DNA of 64,000 nt, taken from assembly GCF_035594765.1 (NCBI RefSeq), contig NC_085842.1:43500782-43564781 (forward strand), read 5' to 3'. Made by a program: the position numbers and the translations under genes. Every line of letters begins with the position of its first letter. The first letter of the stretch is position 1. The stretch comes from Anolis carolinensis (lineage: Eukaryota). Below, one piece after another: positions 59,379 through 64,000 of the stretch. Under the pieces are notes generated by a model. It worked only from the letters and a program-made list of their open reading frames with translations, searched no databases and had not been told where the DNA came from.

Positions 59379-61544
59379 TGCAAGACTAATGGCAGAGGTA
59401 GCAATGCCTTTATTCCACCAATCTCAGTGACTTACAAGTAAGATATAATATTAAAATGAAACATATAAAATTATCATTAAAATGTAATATTACTGTTCAT
59501 ACATTACATATTGAAAGCAACTAACAGCATTTTAAAAATAAAAAGCAGTTTTAAGATTAGACATATCCAAGAATGGTAATGTAATGCAAAGCTTCTAATG
59601 GCCACACTTTAGAAAAGGGAACAGATGTTCATTCTTTCTATAATCAGCACCTGAGCGTGTTTTTAGCATGCTAATCTCATCACAACTACCTATGTGGCAA
59701 ATAATTTGTGTGTGTGGGTGTGTATGTTGGCTAGAAATGGAATTTAGACATGGCTGGACTGCAATTAGATTTACTGTTGGTCTTGTGGAAGGAATGGCCA
59801 CTAGAGACTTATCTATAACTTGGAAAGGTAGTTTGGTCCAAAGGGGCAATATTGCAGACTAACTCCAGGTGTGACTACATTGCCCATCTTCATCCTGGTT
59901 CGGTCCTGCTGGATGGTCACTCTTGCCTGTGTTGTTTTCTGTTATCACGGTGGTGATTCTGGAGCTCGAGCTCCTAGCTGTCATTCATCATCTTTACTGA
60001 ATGAGAGCAGATGGGGAAGAGTGGATGGGGAAAATGAGTGAAGCCATCCCCTTCCCCTCACCAAGTTGTGCAGGCCACTTTGCTGACATTCAGTACTCCA
60101 TGGCTACCTCTGTGGTAACTGAAGACAAACAGGTAAATGCCATCCCATTTTCCCCATGGCATGGAGTGGGGGAAAGTGGGATGGTGGCACTGGTCCATGT
60201 CAGTAGTGGGGCCAGTTCCAAATTAGAACCACTTCAACTGTTTGCACCACCCGAAGAGTGGGGCAGATTTGAAGCTTCAAGGACTGTTCAGAAAATTCTT
60301 CAATTTTTCCTAATATGGGACAAAACCATGTTAACTAGTTTTACCCCACATTGGGGGTTGGGAGGATTTCCAGAAGCAAAGTTTCATGCATTTTGAGCTT
60401 TGAGGTCCATATAGATGGACAAACACTCCCAGAATCTCCATCACCATGGCCTCCCATGAGGTAGTACAAAAAAGGAAACCTTTCCCATTTCTGGCCTCAT
60501 CTTTCATAAGTCAAAAACTACAACAATAACAGTGTAGATATCTAACCTAGGAATATTTCTTTAATATGATATCAATATTGAAACAGGTTACTTTTCCTTA
60601 CTTCATCTTCCCCAAAAAATTCAAAGAACCTGGACAAGGCAGAATATGCCCTGTTCAAATTCACAACATGTGCTACTAATAAAACACAAGAAAATGAAGC
60701 CCCTAGCTATTTATTTGCATGCAAAAGCTTCGACATAGCATATACTTTGGCTAAATTACTTTTTAATCTAGGTGACTGGATGGCAGTTTGACCCTGAACT
60801 GTTTTCAAATTGACCTGGGAGAATTTATTCAGTGAGGAGGCGGTAATGCTGATGTTCCAGGCTGGCATTGCTTGCTTTTTATTCATTAATTTTTGAACAT
60901 CTCTTGGGCACAAGAAAAATCATCCACCTCCCTTCCCGCACCTTTTTTTAAAAGCTCACCTTATGTGGATTTTCTTTTGATGAGACACAATAATAAAAAG
61001 AGCTGTTTGAAATCTTTGCAGGGATGTATTCTTTGCAAATTTGGACATTCAAAGAGGCAGAGACACCGATTCGGTACTCATTGCCCTAGCTTGACCTGCA
61101 TAAAAGAGAAATCTACAACTGTAGCCTTTTATGAATACATTAAAGGCACGGAGCTCGCCGGCGCATCAGCACTCTATTACACAGAATGATTGTTCTTCGC
61201 TTTTTAATAATAAATGATCCGACAAGTCCTTGACACACAAAAACAGCTTTTAAAACACCATTGCCCAGGGTGCTGTCAGAGAGAAAGAGGAAATAAACAT
61301 GATACCAATATTTCAAGTGGATTTCCAGGTGAAGGAATCTGCAGAGAAGGGGGCACAGGGCTCGGTGCATAGTTGCCTTTGGCTGTGGCATCATACATTT
61401 AAAGCATTTGGTGGATCTCTTATTTGGATAAGGGTTCAACTTGAGGTCAGGAGATGTGGAAGACTGCCTTCTCCCAAAATAAGTCTGCCTAGAATGTGAG
61501 GTCTTTGACAGAGGACATGTTATTTGTCCTACTTCTTTGAAAAT

Positions 61545-61728
61545 CAGAGTTGAAAGAGATCACACAAGTCATCCAGTCCAACCCCATTTTGCCATGCAGA
61601 AATACGCAGTCAAAGCACTCCCAATAGATAGCCATCCAGCCTCTGTTTAAAAACTTCCAAAGATTGAGAGTTCACTATGCTCTAAAACGGCATATTCCAC
61701 TGCCAAACAGCTCTTGCCACCAGGAAGT
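61545..61728 (-). mobile_element. Old CR1 3' fragment
   Basis: Homologous to CR1 3' ends in this window. Confidence 0.75.
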
Positions 61729-62019
61729 ACACAAAACAGGGCTTTCTCTTTAGCAGCATCACAATTTTGGCATTTTATCTCAAAGGAGGTCAGGCTGCAC
61801 CCATTCTTATCAAATCTCTGAAAGGCAGTGAAATCTGTATTGTCCCATCTTACCTTTCACAGGTATACCTCAGTTGGCAAATCTTCTTACAAGGAAGCAC
61901 TGAATTGCTCTCCCTTTTTACATGACCAGACCTCATTTCTTTCTGCCTAACTGAAAGTTGTTGAGAAATGCAGACTTTTGCTGCTGGGGTGCAGCGGTAT
62001 GTCGTAAACCTCACAAGCC

Positions 62020-62750
62020 ATCAAGTCCAACCCCCAGCCAAGAAGCAGGAAGATGACATTCAAAGCACCCCTGACAGATGGCCATCCAGCCTCTGCTTAA
62101 AGGACTCCAAAGAAGGAGCCTCAACCACACTCCGGGACAGAGAGTTCTGGTGCTGAACAGCTCTCACAGTTAGGAAGTTCTTCCTGATGTTCAGATGGAA
62201 TCTCTTTTCCTGTAGTTTGAAGCCATTGTTCCGCATCCTAGTCTCCAGGGCAGCAGAAAACAAGCTTTCCCCCTCCTCCCTATGACATCCCCTCACATAT
62301 TTATACGTGGTTATCATGTCTCCTCTCAGCCTTCTCTTTTGCAGGCTAAACATGCCCAGCTCTTTAAGCCGCTCCTCATAGGGCTTGTTCTCCAGACCCT
62401 TGATCATTTTAGTCACCCTCCTCTGAACACTTTCCAGCTTGTCAATGTCTCCTTTCAATTGCAGTGCCCAGAATTGGACACAGTATTCCAGATGTGGTTT
62501 GACCAAGGCAGAATAGAGGGGTAGCATGACTTTCCTGGATCTAAGCACTAGACTCCTGTTTATGCAAGCCAAAATCCCATTGGCTTTTTTAGCTGCCACA
62601 TCACATTGTTGGCTCATGTTTAACTTGTTGTCCACAAGGACTCCAAGGTCTTTTTCGCATGTACTGCTGTCGAGCCAGGCATTGACCCCCATTCTGTATC
62701 TTGCATTTGTCCCTGTTGAACTTCATTTTGTTAGTTTTGGCCCATCCTCT
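62020..62750 (-). mobile_element. 5'-truncated CR1 LINE (ORF2 C-terminus open at 62060-62692)
   Basis: 210-aa frame highly similar to the C-terminus of the 18650-20068 ORF. Confidence 0.92.
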
Positions 62751-62767
62751 CAATAGGATGACTGAAT

Positions 62768-62972
62768 CCATGGGCCCGCTGTATCCATGGATTCAACCAA
62801 CTACAGCTTGAATATTTATATCTATATCTCTCAAACTTTGACTTTGCAATTTTATATAAGGGACATCATTTTACTACACTACTGTATATCATGGTATTTT
62901 GGCACCAATAGTTTTTGGTATCCATTGTGGGTCCTGGAACCAAACTCCGCAGATTCTGAGGGCCACTATATT
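62768..62972. mobile_element. Tigger-like MITE
   Basis: gtatccatggattcaaccaac...gtcctggaaccaaactccgcagattctgagggccact. Confidence 0.55.
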
Positions 62973-63029
62973 TTATTTAAGGACTTTGATTTTTATGTAC
63001 TTGGAAATTAGGTATGTCCTAATTGTTAT

Positions 63030-63192
63030 TGCTTTGGTACAATTGGTCCGCCATATCAATTGAAGTAACCAACTGCATTTTTTTTAAAGTTTGATTTGTA
63101 TACCACTTTCATATACTTATGTACCCTGGGGTCACATAAACATTTATTGGGCAAAAAGGGGTCACAAGTTGAACAAGTTTAAGACGCCCTGT
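63030..63192. mobile_element. hAT-type MITE fragment
   Basis: Terminus aaaggggtcacaagttgaacaagtttaagacgccctg. Confidence 0.45.
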
Positions 63193-64000
63193 TCTAGATG
63201 ACTACATTTTCCCTATCTCTGATAAACCAGAGTCCCAGAGTGAGCAATGATGATATAGCCGAAAGATTTTGCAAGTCTAAGATGGCAATTCTTCATCTGA
63301 TAAATTTACCAGTCATTGTTTGTTCATTACTGGAACAATAATGATAAAACATAGGCATTTGTATTATTATCTCTGATCAGATTTGGGGCCTTCTCTCTTC
63401 CTTCATTGTTGTGCCTTATTTGCATTTTGTCCCTTTATTTGATTTTGTTTCATTTCCCTGTTTGATTCAGTGTCCCTATATTCCTTACTAAATTTTGTGA
63501 TATATATTTTTAATATTTTAAACATACCCAGTCCAACAACAATTGCTGCCTTATTGGTTAATAATTCAAGAACATGCCACATATGCTACCCGGAGATGTT
63601 ATCTTTATTAAATTTCAGCCCATTTGTTTCTAGGTGTCACTTCAAACAAATATGTGCCTTGTGTGTGTGATGCTCATTTAATTATGTTTTAAAAAGAAAA
63701 AGTACTGATGCTTTTTAAATTTTCTTCATGACACAGTGAAATTTTCAGGAGTTGCTATCCCTTCTGAAAGCCACCACAAAATCCACAGCAGCATATTGAT
63801 ACTGCAAACATAATACCTGAAGCAGAGCCATCAATAAAGAAATTATAAAACATTTGCCGCTTACTAGAAGAAGGGTTACCGAAACTGGGATAAAACCTTT
63901 GAACCAGTTGTAAACGGCGTAAACGGATATATAACCAGCTACTCAGGATCTACATCACCATTGATTCTGTCTCCTTGGCTTTACTATTGATTCTAAACCT

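Overview
Repeat-rich, AT-rich vertebrate genomic DNA, almost certainly a squamate and probably Anolis carolinensis, judged from Sauria SINEs, AnolisSINE2-like SINEs, a SPIN MITE, young CR1s and Penelope and Dong/R4 elements. No host protein-coding exon can be confidently recognised, so the window is probably a large intron or gene desert; only weak splice-signal and enhancer-like candidates are visible. Main contents: (1) a very young, structurally complete BEL/Pao LTR retrotransposon (37942-44233, minus; 719-bp near-identical LTRs, 5-bp TSD) with an uninterrupted Gag-protease ORF but no RT/RNase H and a broken integrase; (2) 5'-truncated CR1, L2, RTE and Dong/R4 LINEs, one RTE with a twin-priming-type 5' inversion; (3) many SINEs and MITEs, often nested; (4) ribozyme-like RNA motifs inside repeats: an HDV/CPEB3-like fold in both AnolisSINE2-like copies and minimal hammerheads in Penelope terminal repeats. 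Family names come from my recognition of the sequence, not from a database search. Boundaries of old repeats are approximate.
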